From Hormiphora californensis (Eukaryota > Animalia > Ctenophora): 27,199 nucleotides of DNA. Each line of letters begins with the position of its first letter. Within the stretch, counting starts at the first letter, position 1. The stretch spans positions 1-27,199 of the forward strand of contig WFME01000020.1 of NCBI GenBank assembly GCA_020137815.1, given 5' to 3'. Positions 1 to 11,349 of this stretch are shown piece by piece. The notes below the pieces were generated by a model. It saw only the letters and a program-made list of their open reading frames with translations, had not been told where the DNA came from and made no database searches. A program made the position numbers and the translations under genes.

Positions 1-28
1 TGTAACCCCCACCCTTCTCTCTCTTCAG

Positions 29-736
29 TTCGCTCGCCCTCAAATCCTCCTCAACACCATCACATTCTCATCTCGAGCAGCAGCTTCAGTGTCATCATCC
101 CCTCCTCAACCAGGATAATGAAATCCAGGTAGGCCCCTCCCTCTATTATGGCTTTATCACTTATTTCTAACATTACTCCATGATGGAGGGACCGGGTGTG
201 AGCGAGAGAGAGAGAGAGAGGAGAGAGAGAGAAAATTGGAGATATAGAAAGATATATAATCAACGGGATTCAACTAACGGGGTCCTCTAAGTTATTTTCT
301 TTATTTCTAGAAGATTGTCCACTCCAAACCCGGCTTATTTCCACCTTGTGTTTCAGGTTATCCGGTTTTTCAAGGGTAACTCTGTGATTTGTGAACGGTG
401 TGGGCAGGTTGATTTGACAAGTAAGTAAAATATAATTCATTATTTCTCAATTTCTGCCCTCAGTGTAGAGACCTGTTGACACTTGTTTTGCACGGTCCTG
501 TTTCACGAAATATGTAAAGGACATAACAAATTGACACATCACTTTCTAAAATTCCTAACCACCCCTTCCTTGCCCCCAGGTTTCAGAGCATGCCCTATTA
601 TAGTGGCACGAAGCTAAGCATTGCCACGTGTATGGTGGGCAACAGCAGAGTAGAAGCCGGTGCCCTGTTTAGCTCACTTCTCACAGAAATCAATAACTCT
701 GATTTGACCGCCATTACACCAAGCTTGGAGCGGCCT
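29..736 (+). CDS. Internal exons of an unidentified spliced gene (5' end outside window; probable last exon near 1226-1310)
   Basis: AG/GT-bounded exons 29-128, 357-407, 464-513 and 580-736 join in phase into one open frame: SLALKSSSTPSHSHLEQQLQCHHPLLNQDNEIQ-VIRFFKGNSVICERCGQ-CRDLLTLVLHGPVSRN-MFQSMPYYSGTKLSIATCMVGNSRVEAGALFSSLLTEINNSDLTAITPSLERP. No family recognised. The join to the candidate last exon (FRVFIQPVELLISMEPSTQTPAEKEIF*) is unresolved. Confidence 0.5.
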
Positions 737-1072
737 GTAAGTGTATATTCTCCTTGGGCATATTCATTCCCGCTCTCATACTCCGATCTCGAGCAGACAG
801 AGCGTCCTGCGTCTCTATACCTCGAGCTCTCGCTCGAGATATCTCTCTCTCTCTTATCTTCTCTCACTCTCTCCTCTCGCTCTCTCTCGTTCTTCTCTTC
901 TTCCTCTCCTCTCCACCTTCTGGCATCTCCACTCCTCTTGCATCTCCTTCTCCCACTCTATTTTTCCATCCATGACCCCTATATGATTGGTATGTGTCGA
1001 GGTACAGCTGTGGTGTAATAAATGCCACTCAGCATTCGTATATCTCTTTCGAAATCTTCTCCCCATTTTAAC

Positions 1073-1073
<1 letters not shown>

Positions 1074-1127
<54 letters not shown>

Positions 1128-1131
1128 ACAC
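1074..1131. repeat. (CA)n microsatellite
   Basis: Directly visible CA run with one interruption. Confidence 0.95.
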
Positions 1132-1723
1132 TTTTACTTCAACATGTCACATACAATGGGTGATACTGAGTTACTGAGAAAAAGTGACGGGAGGTTTGTG
1201 TTAGTTCACCTTGTTTTTTTTTCAGGTTTAGAGTGTTCATTCAGCCTGTGGAACTCTTGATTTCAATGGAACCCTCAACCCAAACACCTGCGGAGAAGGA
1301 AATATTTTAATAATTTATAGATCCTAATACCATATTCATTCACCCCAACTGTAACTGCTGGTCGTTATTATCATGTAACTCCTGAAAGGAAAAGAAAGTG
1401 TTAGGATTTTTTGAAATTTTCAATTTTGAAAAATTTCAAAACTGTGTCAATATACACGCATGTGTGGAGGGCGCGGCGTTTTTGTCACAGGTGCGAATTA
1501 AGTCAGTCAGCACAGTGTATCAGTGGGAAATAAGCGCAATTCTTATCTCCCCGGAAATAAGCACTTCCGGGGTGACACGCCCACTGATACTTCATATTTG
1601 GGGTAGTAGGGTCAGAAGCTACACATATAATCAAAGTTTTATTCTTTAGTGACCCTTAAGGAGAGATTAATTAGTATTCTGAATAATGAGTTCAGAGCAA
1701 GAATTAAATAGGGAAGAAAATCG

Positions 1724-1805
1724 AAAAAATATGGGTTTGACCGGGAATGAACCAGGGAACCCAGAGAGACATGCTCGGAGCTAAAACCACTAAGCTACCA
1801 AAACC
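1724..1805 (-). ncRNA. Mirror tRNA-like Pol III unit
   Basis: The reverse complement reads GGTTTTGGTAGCTTAGTGGTTTTAGCTCCGAGCATGTCTCTCTGGGTTCCCTGGTTCATTCCCGGTCAAACCCATATTTTTT, with the same A box, B-like box and a T6 terminator. Confidence 0.5.
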
Positions 1806-1813
1806 CTATATAG

Positions 1814-1896
1814 GGTTTGGTAGCTTAGTGGTTTATAGCTCCGAGCATGGTCTCTCTGGAGGTCCCTGGTTCATTCCCGGTTCAAACCCAGTTTTT
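1814..1896 (+). ncRNA. tRNA-like Pol III unit (tRNA-derived SINE head or tRNA pseudogene)
   Basis: Acceptor stem GGTTTGG/TCAAACC, exact A box TAGCTTAGTGG (1821-1831), B-box-like GGTTCATTCCC in a T-arm, and TTTTT at 1892-1896. The anticodon arm is non-canonical, so no isotype is assigned. Confidence 0.55.
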
Positions 1897-2679
1897 CGAT
1901 TTATTCCATTTAATTCTTGCTCTGAACTCATTATTCAGAATACTAATTAATCAGATATTTGTGTCGTCCAATTAATCCAATTAATCCAATTAATATGTCG
2001 TGTAACTTACTGTTACCCTCCTTGGTTGTGTAACTATGTACTTTTGTGGACAGGCTATAATAGTGCAGGGTGTTTCAGAAAGCAGTTTTCACTTTTCGGC
2101 CCTATGTATAGATAATGGTGTAATCAATTGCCCCATAATTGCAGGGGGGGTTGGTTATAGTAGAAAGATTATCATGCCCTTTGTTGGTTCAGAATATTGT
2201 GAATCTGGTGTGAACTAGGAGCTAGTACATTTCTTTTAGGGAAAGTTTATTACTATAAACACAGTTAAATCGCGTGAGCTTTAAGTACGAATTACAGTTT
2301 TAAAACAAAATGTCAAAAATATTGTGTCATATTGTAGACGAAACTTGAAACTTCGTAAAAGTCTCGCCAACTGATTGTGCCCTTATATGTACATAAAGAA
2401 GCACATAATATTTTTGAAAAATAATATTTCCAGTTTTTGCGATTTGAACACATGTATGGTAACTGTGTTGATTCACTGCAGGGGATTAGGTAATCTTCTG
2501 CTCTTCAAATCTATCACAACATGCAAGCACCAAAAACTGGGTTGCCATTGAAATTATATCCTCGATCTGTGAATGGGTACCATGGTAACGCGTCTAGTTG
2601 AATGGTTGCCATGTGGTAATAGTTGAGTGCCTGGAGAGTTTGTGGTGGCGGGAGAGAGTTTTGGCTTGTCCCAGAGAGT

Positions 2680-5600
2680 TTACACTGAATGTACTGCGTG
2701 TTTTGCAGGACACTGTCTCGCTTCAGGTTTCAAGTACTTTTTGTAGTTCTCAGGTAATCTGAAAAAGAGGGATGGTTGCTAGGGGAAGAGAAAGGTTTTG
2801 TTAGGGGAGGGAGGTGGTTTGCTAGGGAAGGGAGGTGGTTTGCTAGGGGAAGGGGGTTGGTTGCTAGGGGAGGGAGATGGTGTTAGAGGAAGAGGATGGT
2901 TGTTAGGAGGGAAGGGCGGTGGAGTTAGGGAAGGGGGTGGTGGATTGGGAAGAGAGTGGTGGTTGCTTAGGGGAAGAGAAGAGAGGGTGGTTGCTAGGGG
3001 AAGAGAGATGGTTGTTAGGGAAAGGGAGGTGGTTGCTAGGGGAAGGGAGATGGTTGCTAGGGGAAGAGAGATGGTTGTTAGGGGAAGGGAGGTGGTTGTT
3101 AGGGGAAGAGAGGTGGTTGTTAGGGGAATTTTTTCAATTTGTGTGTCGAGTTTTTACCTCTTCTCCATCGATATCCAGTTGGATTGCTTTCAATCGTTCC
3201 GCTCTTTCTGCATCAATCTTGGCCTTAACAGTTTTTTCAACTTCATCCTTCGATTCACCTAGATTAATTGATTAATAGTCACTATAATCAATTAAGAAGT
3301 GGCCTCTGATTATCAAAATATAATTAATTAATTAATTTTATTGAGTAAATTTGATTTAATTCCCATTTCAACAATTATTACCTGTCGCATCTTCTGCCAG
3401 GATGTCAGATTATTAGACCCTTCCTCCAAAAGTGTAGTTGGGCCTCAGAGATCCAATTTCCGTGTGGGAAAGACTCAGTTTTCCTGGAGAGAACAATGGA
3501 TGCAGTTTCAGAATTTTGAAACATGTGATTTATGTGTAATCTTACAGCGCTGGCAAAACAGTTTCAAAAACGGTACGTACACCGAAAATTTGACCTTAAA
3601 AAAGGGCCGATTTGTCTTGAAAAGCTGATTCAGAAAAGCCCAATATAGATGGGCTTAAAACTCGAGATCTGTTACCTTCCGATCCTAATTAGGTAATTAC
3701 AATTAGTTAATTAGTTAATTACCTTCCAGATCAGCACATTCAATTTCCTTGATTTTGAAGCCTCTCCTCAGCTAGTTGACTATCCTGCACTACACTCCAC
3801 AGCCAAACACCGCCATCTTTTCGAGCTCCTTTCCAGGATGGATATCTCCGCTTCCTGACCGGTTAACATTTTCCGCAGTTTAGTATGATCGCCAACTCGG
3901 TCTAGGGAGAGATAGGCGGAGGTTTAAACTAAAGTTCTGAGAGAGTTAGGAGGATATTGGACGAAGGAAGTTAATTGGACTAATCAGTTACTAATTATTT
4001 ACTGATTAATTACTGATTAATTACTAATTAATTACTGATTAGTGCTGATTACCCTGGTCAATGTTGATTCTGTTGATAGTTCGTTTGATTGTTTTAACCC
4101 ACTTTTCCCTTTCCTCAGTGGTAGTGGTAGAGAACGTTACTGTGTTCTCCTCGCACCCATTCAGACCCGTCACCTGGTGGATGGAAGTTATAGTGTTTAA
4201 ATACGGAGGGTCAATACTGAAAACTGAGTTTCAGTTGAGGGAAGCTATAGTGTCTGCGAGGGTTGGGTAGATCAGGGAAGGTATTTTTACATGGTTTATC
4301 ATTTTGGGAGGGAAGTTTATAGTGTCGTTAGAGATCTGTCACACATTGGTGAAAAGTTAGTGTTTAAATACGGAGGGTCAATATTGAAAACTGAGTTTCA
4401 GTTACAACTATTTTCTCCCTTTGTTTAGAGAAACTGTTCCCCTCCTCAACCAGACAATATCTAGGGGTAATATAATCGTGAACATATACCTTGAAGGTAA
4501 ATTCCTTTGCCTTTGGATCCTCAGCTTCATCCCCCACACTAACAGACGTGTAGTGGTTAAGATGGAAAAACATGCACTTTCCGTCAGTTTCAACGGGGGT
4601 GTGCTCCTCATATAGCTTCCCTGGTAATTATCATTCAATTAGATTACAAACTAATCCATTATCTAATGAGTTTATTTTTCATATCTATTTATCAAATAAG
4701 TGTCAAATGGAGAAGATTAAAATTCAGATTTCCCACACCTTTAGCCTGATCGCAGCAGAAAATTTGGAAAAGATCGGGGTCCACTCTGCAAAACTGGCTG
4801 GCCCACTTTTGCTTTTTCAGGGTTTTAGCCACTTTGGGTGGCGCATTGGGCACAATGTAAGGGCCCTTTTTGATGACTCCAAAGATAACTGGTACAGCTG
4901 TCAGTTCCACGCTTACCTGCTCCGTCCTATACGGAGAGATAAATTTATTTATTTATAAATCATGATCATGAATCATGATTAATTATGAATCATGATAAAT
5001 CATGAATCATGATAAATTCAAAATATGTATGATGTACCAAATGTACAATAGTATAGGATGTTTCTGTTGTGTTAATTAACTATAATTACTACATTAATTA
5101 ATAAACTTATCTTCCTCGCCCATTGGGTCCTGTGTGATTTCAATGGAGTGGTAGAGAGACTTCCTCTGCATCCTCTCCGGTAGATGGAGTCTCCACTGGG
5201 ACAGGTGGCTCTGAAATGACCGTAGGTAAATAACAGTGCTCCTTGTAGTGGGAATACGGTGTCTTGAATGGTGAAAATGGTGTGAAAATGATTAAGATCG
5301 GGTGATGTTTGAATGAAAGGAAGGAAGAATTGAATATTGATGAGATTAAAGAACAAATGGACAACGTGTGATGATTGCTTTACAAAATAAAATTTAATTT
5401 TACTTACTATAGTAAGTAAAATACAATTTGTCGAGTTCATTGTGCTTTCTTACCTTCACCTGATCCATCTTCTTCTTCGGCTGGTTCCTCAGGTTCAGTA
5501 ACCTCAGGCTCCTCAACTGCTGCCTCAGGCTCACCAACTGGTTCCTCAGGTTCAGCCACTGGTTCCTCAGCTGCTACCTCAGGTTCAGTCGCTGGTTCCT

Positions 5601-5950
5601 CAGGTTCAGATACAGGGATTCAGCAGCGGTTCCAAGCAGCAGGGGCTTCTTCTGCCAACAGATCCCTCGGACTGGGCTCTGTAAGAAAGTTTATATAAAA
5701 CAACCCACTATAGGGACCTCAGGGAGAGTGAGAGAGTTTATATAGTTGGTAATTGTGTGTGATTCACGTTGGGAGGCGAACTTGTGACTCAAGTTCATCT
5801 TAAAGGAAGGTTTGGTGAAAAGAACCATATATTTTCCAGCCATACAATGATCGTTTTGTGTGGCCAAAAAGAAACTCATATCTTACCGGGGACTTCTTGG
5901 GGTGCAGGGGTGGGAGGGATTTCCTTCTTCTTCCTTTTAAACAGGGTCAT
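2680..5950 (-). CDS. PH-domain protein with an acidic Glu/Pro-rich N-terminus and C-terminal coiled coil (10 exons; several indels in this assembly)
   Basis: GT-AG exons 5950-5887 (MTLFKRKKKEIPPTPAPQEVP), 5678-5454 (EPEEP repeats), 5210-5107, 4926-4739, 4620-4490, 4173-4053, 3901-3723, 3483-3382, 3258-3158 and 2758-~2680. Exons 4-6 are clean and read VIFGVIKKGPY...KKQKWASQFCRVDPDLFQIFCC...FFHLNHYTSVSV...KEFTFKV...VTFSTTTTEEREKWVKTIKRTI, matching the PH pattern including the C-terminal helix Trp. Exons 7-9 are E/K/L-rich and coiled-coil-like. Exons 2, 3, 7, 8 and 10 need 1-3 nt indel corrections. Confidence 0.8.
2770..3127. repeat. G-rich minisatellite, ~21-bp unit GGTGGTTGYTAGGGGAAGRGA, in the last intron of the PH gene
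   Basis: Tandem degenerate units are directly visible and account for the low-complexity ORFs at 2798 and 2919. Confidence 0.9.
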
Positions 5951-6378
5951 AGCGCCAACTGAGAAGAGGGGAAATTACTAATTAATTAATTAATTACTAT
6001 GCAATTCATGGGGAATATTGGGGGAAGTAGAGATTTTTCAAATTTTGTAGGGCCAAAATTTAAATGAGGGGAATTAGGAGAATTGTTAACAAATATGGGA
6101 AGATTAGGTGTCAATATATGTTGGAGAGGAGAAACAACAACCGTAAGCGGCGGCGGTTTATTATATACGAGTCAGGAAAAGGGTCGAGATAGTATGCAGG
6201 ACGGGAAGGTACTGATCCTGATGAATTATGTGGTTTTATTACACAAGCTAGATGCACTACTTCAGTGATTAAGCGATCAAGATAATACCAAATTGTCAGA
6301 AAGTAACTGAAATATAATTTCAGGTTGACTAGACACTAACAAAAAGGGCTCGTGGCTATAATTAATTCTTGATATTAA

Positions 6379-9221
6379 CTACTGCTTTCTCCAATGTGTT
6401 GGTATCTTAAGCTCCATGGGTGGTGAAACGGTATTATCAAAACCAATTAAGGGTTGGCAGTTGGTTGCAGTATCTGCGGTTATTTCCCAAACAAAAACTA
6501 CTTCATAGTATCAACGTATCGATACTACAACAATAACACTGGCATGGTTTTAGTATAGTTACAAAATTAGAACTTTTGAGCTCATTTTATCAAGCCTCCT
6601 CTTTAATTAGCGGTAATTAACGTCCCTTAATTATCTTTGGACTATAACGGGAGATAGTTAACCGCACTCAGGAAAAGCAGCCTTATAATAGAGCTCCTGC
6701 CGCGTTGAGCTCTTATACTTCACACATGTCGTGACACCACTACATTGGCGACGCGAGGTAGATGGTGGTGATTCTGCTATAAAATGTGCTTTTAAAACTG
6801 GGGGAAATTATCACACAATCTAAGACAAATAAATGTACGTCAAAATACCAAATGGCATTATAAAGATTCTACGCCATTATACGTACAGACATGCATACCC
6901 GCCACGGCACTATGGACTCACATTTTTACTAAATTAGAGAATTTTAATAACTCTAGCCATGTGGACATTGAGGAAAAGCGTGATAAACGAAGCTTGGCCA
7001 CATGGTTCATTAATAAACTTCGTGAATTATGATAAGAATACATAACGCCAGTTTTCCAGTAATAAAGGTTTCTCCGTAACTACCCAGAAAAATTAAGCTT
7101 GGCCAAGCTTAATTTTCTGGGAATTGATAATTCTTGATTTATGAATATTTAAAAAAATGCTACTACATGTACAGTAGGACCCCAATTTACAAGGATCCTT
7201 CGGGAAATAAAATCCGTTTTGCACTGTAAATCGCGATCGGGCTGCCCGCGCCTGCCCAGTAAATCGGGGTCCGAATGTACTTCGATGCATTAAAAGTACT
7301 TTTCGATTTTATGAAGGAGCAGTGGATAGTTTATGAAGGAGCACCAAGCTTGGACCTACACACAAGCGACAACAGTAAAGCAGAAGAACAGAAGGTGTAG
7401 CGGTGTGATAGCACTCCTAAAGAAATAGGAGGGAGGATGATTTTTTCGTCTCAAGTTCGATAGCACAGGTCGGCATGGCCTCGCTCTCAATCCAAAAACC
7501 GAGTGGTGCACGAAGAGGTGGGCAAATATGTAACACAATAAAATGGGGAGGGGAACATATAGAAAACAGCAGATGGGTGCGAGAGACACCAGAGGAGTGT
7601 GATGAGGTGGCTGGATGTGGTTTAATAAATATAATTTGTTTTTTATCTAGTGACAAGCTTATTTTCAGGGCTTGTTAGAAAACTGCAGCCGTCAAGAGAG
7701 TTAAGACATGGAGGATTGTAGAGAGGAGGAGTCAGATTTCGGTTTCGAAAAAACAATGAAGGGAGGTCTGTTTGTGGCTCTCGCTCTGAGGGAGGAGAAA
7801 AGATCGGCGGAGGAATGGGAACGCACGGAGGTGAAGTCGATGAGTAGTACGTAAGTCCTGATTTGTCTCGACCGTAAGACGCCTCAGCCGGCGATCATTG
7901 AGTACGTTAGAGAGCTGTGAAATGAACGACGAGAGAGCGGAAAGAGCGAGACGCCTTTGAGAGCTGAGTGCTATTCTGCATTGCACGATGCGAGTTCGTG
8001 AGAGCAGTTACGCCGACCGCTGATGAGGAGGAGATGAGGAGAGCCAAATTTGGCTTGCCCCGAGGGAGAGAGCGACTCGAGAGAGAGAACCCCTTGACGA
8101 AGATTGTGAGACTGAGAGATAGGATAGATGACCGAGACTCTATGTGATGGGACGAAGGAGTCGAGTATATCGCAGTATGGAGAGTGTCTTGGCGGCGCTC
8201 CGCACTCCCAATCGGGACTCCTCGGGCTCCCCTACACCGTAGCGCGCCTCGGAGTCTCGGCCGTCTGTGAGGGACCGACGATAAGTTCTGAAGCGAGAAA
8301 GATCATCATCGCATGGTCATGTTACCCGAGACGACACTTGACGGAGAGAATTGTTGGACGCCCCAAGGAGACCCGACGTGAAGAAGATAGAGAGGGCTCA
8401 GTGAGAGAGGGCTGCCTCCGCGGATCCTCCCCTTTGCAGAGACGAGATGAGTCGCTCTCACCGATAACACGCAGCTCTTCCGCACTTTGCGTGACTCCCC
8501 CCTGTCCGCACCTCCGGCCTCTTCTCCCTGGTACCCACTTTTTATTCGTCTCGACTTGTCTTTCGTATGTTTCGTGCGACTTCTGCCGATCCCCAACTCC
8601 CTCTCGTCATGACCCATTTTCTATCCCTGCCCTGTGATATTCTAGCTGCTCATTCGGGGTGTCTCGGATACATTTTTCTCTCACCCCGTTCCTGATTGAC
8701 CCCTGTCCCATCTGCCGAGCGTGAGAGACACCATGGTGGATCGCTGGGCCGAGTGACGCTGGAAGATCAGATAGGAGAGAGATGAGACGGGAGAGAGAGT
8801 GAGAAGAGAGTGAGGAGAGGAGGAGACGGAGACAGAAGGATGAAGGAGAGAGTTGAGAGAGAGAGAGAGGTCGAGAGAGGACAGCGAGGAGAAGTGAGGG
8901 AGGGAGGAGGAGAGGGAGAGAGCGAGAGAAGGCTAAGTGAAAAAGAGGAGTAAGGATCGTGCTTGAACTAAAAGACTTGACAAAGTTTCTAAATCTTTTA
9001 ACGTATTTCTAGCCACGCACAGTATTAAATACAGAACACCACATTCTCTCTATCTCTCTCGGCTCTCTTTGTATATCTATCAATCTATCTCTCTCTTGTT
9101 CCTTTTTCACCGGAAAAGGGACATTTTAAAAGATGGAACAAATCTGTACCGTACCCGGGGGGACGCATATATGTTATGTCTTTGAAGTATTAGGCCTTCG
9201 AAAGAGAGAGAGGAGAGAGAG

Positions 9222-9255
<34 letters not shown>

Positions 9256-11349
9256 AAAGGGAGGGTAAGGTGCTCCTGGCCAGACCATATTCCTTGGAAC
9301 ACTCCTCCCTGACACGTAGAGACCTCGGACATAGTCACATTCCTTCCAGATCCCGACAACCGCTGAAAAGATAGAATATTTTTTGATATTAGTTTAGATA
9401 AGAGTTTGCATATGCTCGCTCCATGAAGGTGTTCCTTCATCTCAGAGAAATTTTTTGGAAGGTTTTCTAAAATCCTACATCATCTGTTAAGTACACGTGC
9501 TAAAACTATCAATTATCAGCATGCATTTGAAGAAATGTAACTCACGTGCACAAGTAATGATAGAAGCCCGGTCAGTTACCCATGCCCCGTCCTTACACTC
9601 AATCTGAAACGAATAAATACTACCCAATAATTGACATTATAAAAAGTCTACAATTGCCCGGAATTTCAAACTGTGTGATGTTTTAACCCTATACGACAAT
9701 CATGAATCAATATAGGCAGAGCGTGCATGTTACCTTGGCCAGCCCAGAGTCGTCATAAGCCCTCACATAACCAGAACCACAGGACACATTGTAGGAACCT
9801 AAACGAACGATTAAAAACAGAAATCAGTAGACTTAATTACTAACAAGTAAAACAAGGAAGTTTTAGTTCAACTTAATTACTAGTAAGTTTAGTAAGTTGT
9901 AACTTTAGTAAGTAGTAAATCTAATTATTTATTGTTAACCTGCCGGGACTGGTGGCCCATTACCATTCCTTGTGTCAGGGTAAGGGTTATTAACTGAGGT
10001 TATATTGTACGCTGACCCATAGTCAACCACGGAGCATCCTGAAGTACACCTAGATAGGAGAGAGTGTTGTTATTGCTAATTGCGACTGGTACGGGCCCCC
10101 GTAATCCGCTGCCTTAGGCAGCGGATTACGGGGCCCGTACAGTCGCCCGTACATTTGCTTTGCGCATTACGTTTACCACACTTTCCACCACAACGAACAC
10201 ATGCGCGTGACACGCATGTACCTTATTTGTGGTGAAAGTGCGATGAAACGTAATGCGCAAAGCAAATGTACGGGCGACTGGTACGGGCGATCTATACGGG
10301 CGATCTATTCGAGCCCCCGTAATCCCCCGTGTAATTGTTGTCAAGGAGACGGTGGATAACAGGAACCGACCGAATCAGGTAATACTGGTCTCTGATTGGC
10401 TGATAACCAGTCTCGTGACCTAAATAACGAGTTCTGATTGGTTGTTTACTTGTTTCGGTCGGTTCCTGGGATATAATAGTCCGGTAAAATGACGGAAAAT
10501 ATATTGACATAATCGCGTTCTCAATTGTACAACTTGTTTTCACCGATTTGAGATCCACTTACCAGGTTGTGATATCACTGCCGAATATGGGTGGATCTAA
10601 TTCACCCTTCTTTGTACACGTGACCGCTACGTCCCTGATCAAATATAAATTTAACTTGAGCCAATTGTATTCTAAAAAGCTTATAATTAAATTAAATGAT
10701 CTGCTGGCCTCTAACGGTTGAGTGGTACCCTTTACTCAACAAATTATTCACTGATCAAGCAATAAATAGCTTATAGCCCACCTGTTTATGTTATACTCAA
10801 CATTGTCAGATCCCACTATCCCACAATATTATGTTGAATTGGGTGTAACCTGCCCTTTGACATGATACTGTCACAAGACACGTATACCAGCTGAATGTGA
10901 GGTGGGGATTTAGAACCGTAGTTGGTATAAATTATAAAACGCAGGTATACATGAAATGAATGCGGGATGAGAATTTTTTGAAACCATTTACATATACAAG
11001 AATCTCCTCCAAGTTAATTAATTTACCGAAAATGATTTTTCACCCGTATTTGAAGATTCTGTTGTGGCGATATGTTTTGCAGGTTTGATTGTCACTTCGT
11101 CTGTCCAGGCGTTAGGAAGGGGACAATACAGGGTGGTATTTGTTTTGTCATCAAATGTATCTCCCAGGCATGGACCTGGATTGATCAATGAAACAGATTC
11201 ACGAAATTTAAAAATCAAAAACAATTTAGTTTCACGATGAAATTGAAAAATATAAACACACGTTCTTTACATATTTTACTATTATATTTTACTTACTATA
11301 CATATACACACTTACCTACCAAAATCAACAAAATCAAAACAAGTGTCAT
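6379..11349 (-). CDS. Secreted cysteine-rich protein with tandem Sushi/CCP-like modules (middle exons unresolved)
   Basis: Exons 11349-11316 and 11175-11027 give a signal peptide, MTLVLILLILVGPCLG-DTFDD. Exon 10890-10782 contains indels. Exons 10634-10563, 10049-9940, 9798-9734 and 9603-9546 join in phase: DVAVTCTKKGELDPPIFGSDITTWCTSGCSVVDYGSAYNITSVNNPYPDTRNGNGPPVPAGSYNVSCGSGYVRAYDDSGLAKIECKDGAWVTDRASIITCA, with the Y-x-x-x-C-x-x-G-Y and C-x-x-G-x-W...C Sushi patterns. Exons 6773-6663 (QCSGVTTC...AFPEC) and 6473-6379 (DTATNCQPLIGFDN...*) also join in phase. Linking both groups into one gene is inference. Confidence 0.7.
7172..7277. mobile_element. Tc1/mariner/pogo-type MITE
   Basis: Imperfect TIRs CAGTAGGACCCCAATTTAC / GTAAATCGGGGTCCGAATG flanked by TA on both sides; related copy at 25379-25457. 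Confidence 0.75.
10082..10325. mobile_element. Palindromic MITE-like element with an overlapping terminal hairpin (intronic)
   Basis: A hairpin at 10082-10146 and a larger inverted repeat at 10123-10325 (CGCCCGTACATTTGCTTTGCGCATTACGTTT / AAACGTAATGCGCAAAGCAAATGTACGGGCG). Confidence 0.7.
10360..10468. mobile_element. 109-bp hAT-type MITE, copy 1
   Basis: 15-bp TIRs CAGGAACCGACCGAA/TTCGGTCGGTTCCTG; near-identical to 23027-23135. The TSD is degenerate here (GTGGATAA / GGATATAA). Confidence 0.9.

Larger units (their letters stand above)
1665..1952. mobile_element. 288-bp near-perfect palindrome (MITE/SINE-like) containing two divergent tRNA-like units
   Basis: GATTAATTAGTATTCTGAATAATGAGTTCAGAGCAAGAATTAAAT at 1665 is the reverse complement of the end at 1952. 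The symmetry centre is CCCTATATAGGG (1804-1815). TTAA lies just inside both ends and may be a TSD. Confidence 0.8.

Noticed and set aside
1515-1592. Nested inverted repeats GTATCAGTGGG/CCCACTGATAC preceded by CACAGTG (RSS-heptamer-like)
   Set aside because: No nonamer lies at 12/23 spacing and no partner end was found. It is probably part of an undefined MITE remnant.
1814-1890. Functional tRNA gene
   Set aside because: The anticodon arm does not form a 5-bp stem with a 7-nt loop and the T-loop deviates from consensus, so it is kept only as tRNA-like.
2770-3127. TTAGGG hexamers suggesting interstitial telomere
   Set aside because: TTAGGG appears only as part of a 21-bp unit, never as a tandem hexamer array.
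4183-4403. ~50-bp direct repeat (4183-4236 and ~4355-4403)
   Set aside because: It is a local intronic duplication with no TSD or LTR features.
7340-8950. GA/GC-rich stretch with ORFs up to 169 aa
   Set aside because: No splice pattern, motif or coherent repeat was found. It reads like noisy low-coverage consensus or decayed (GA)n inside the Sushi gene, so no feature is claimed.
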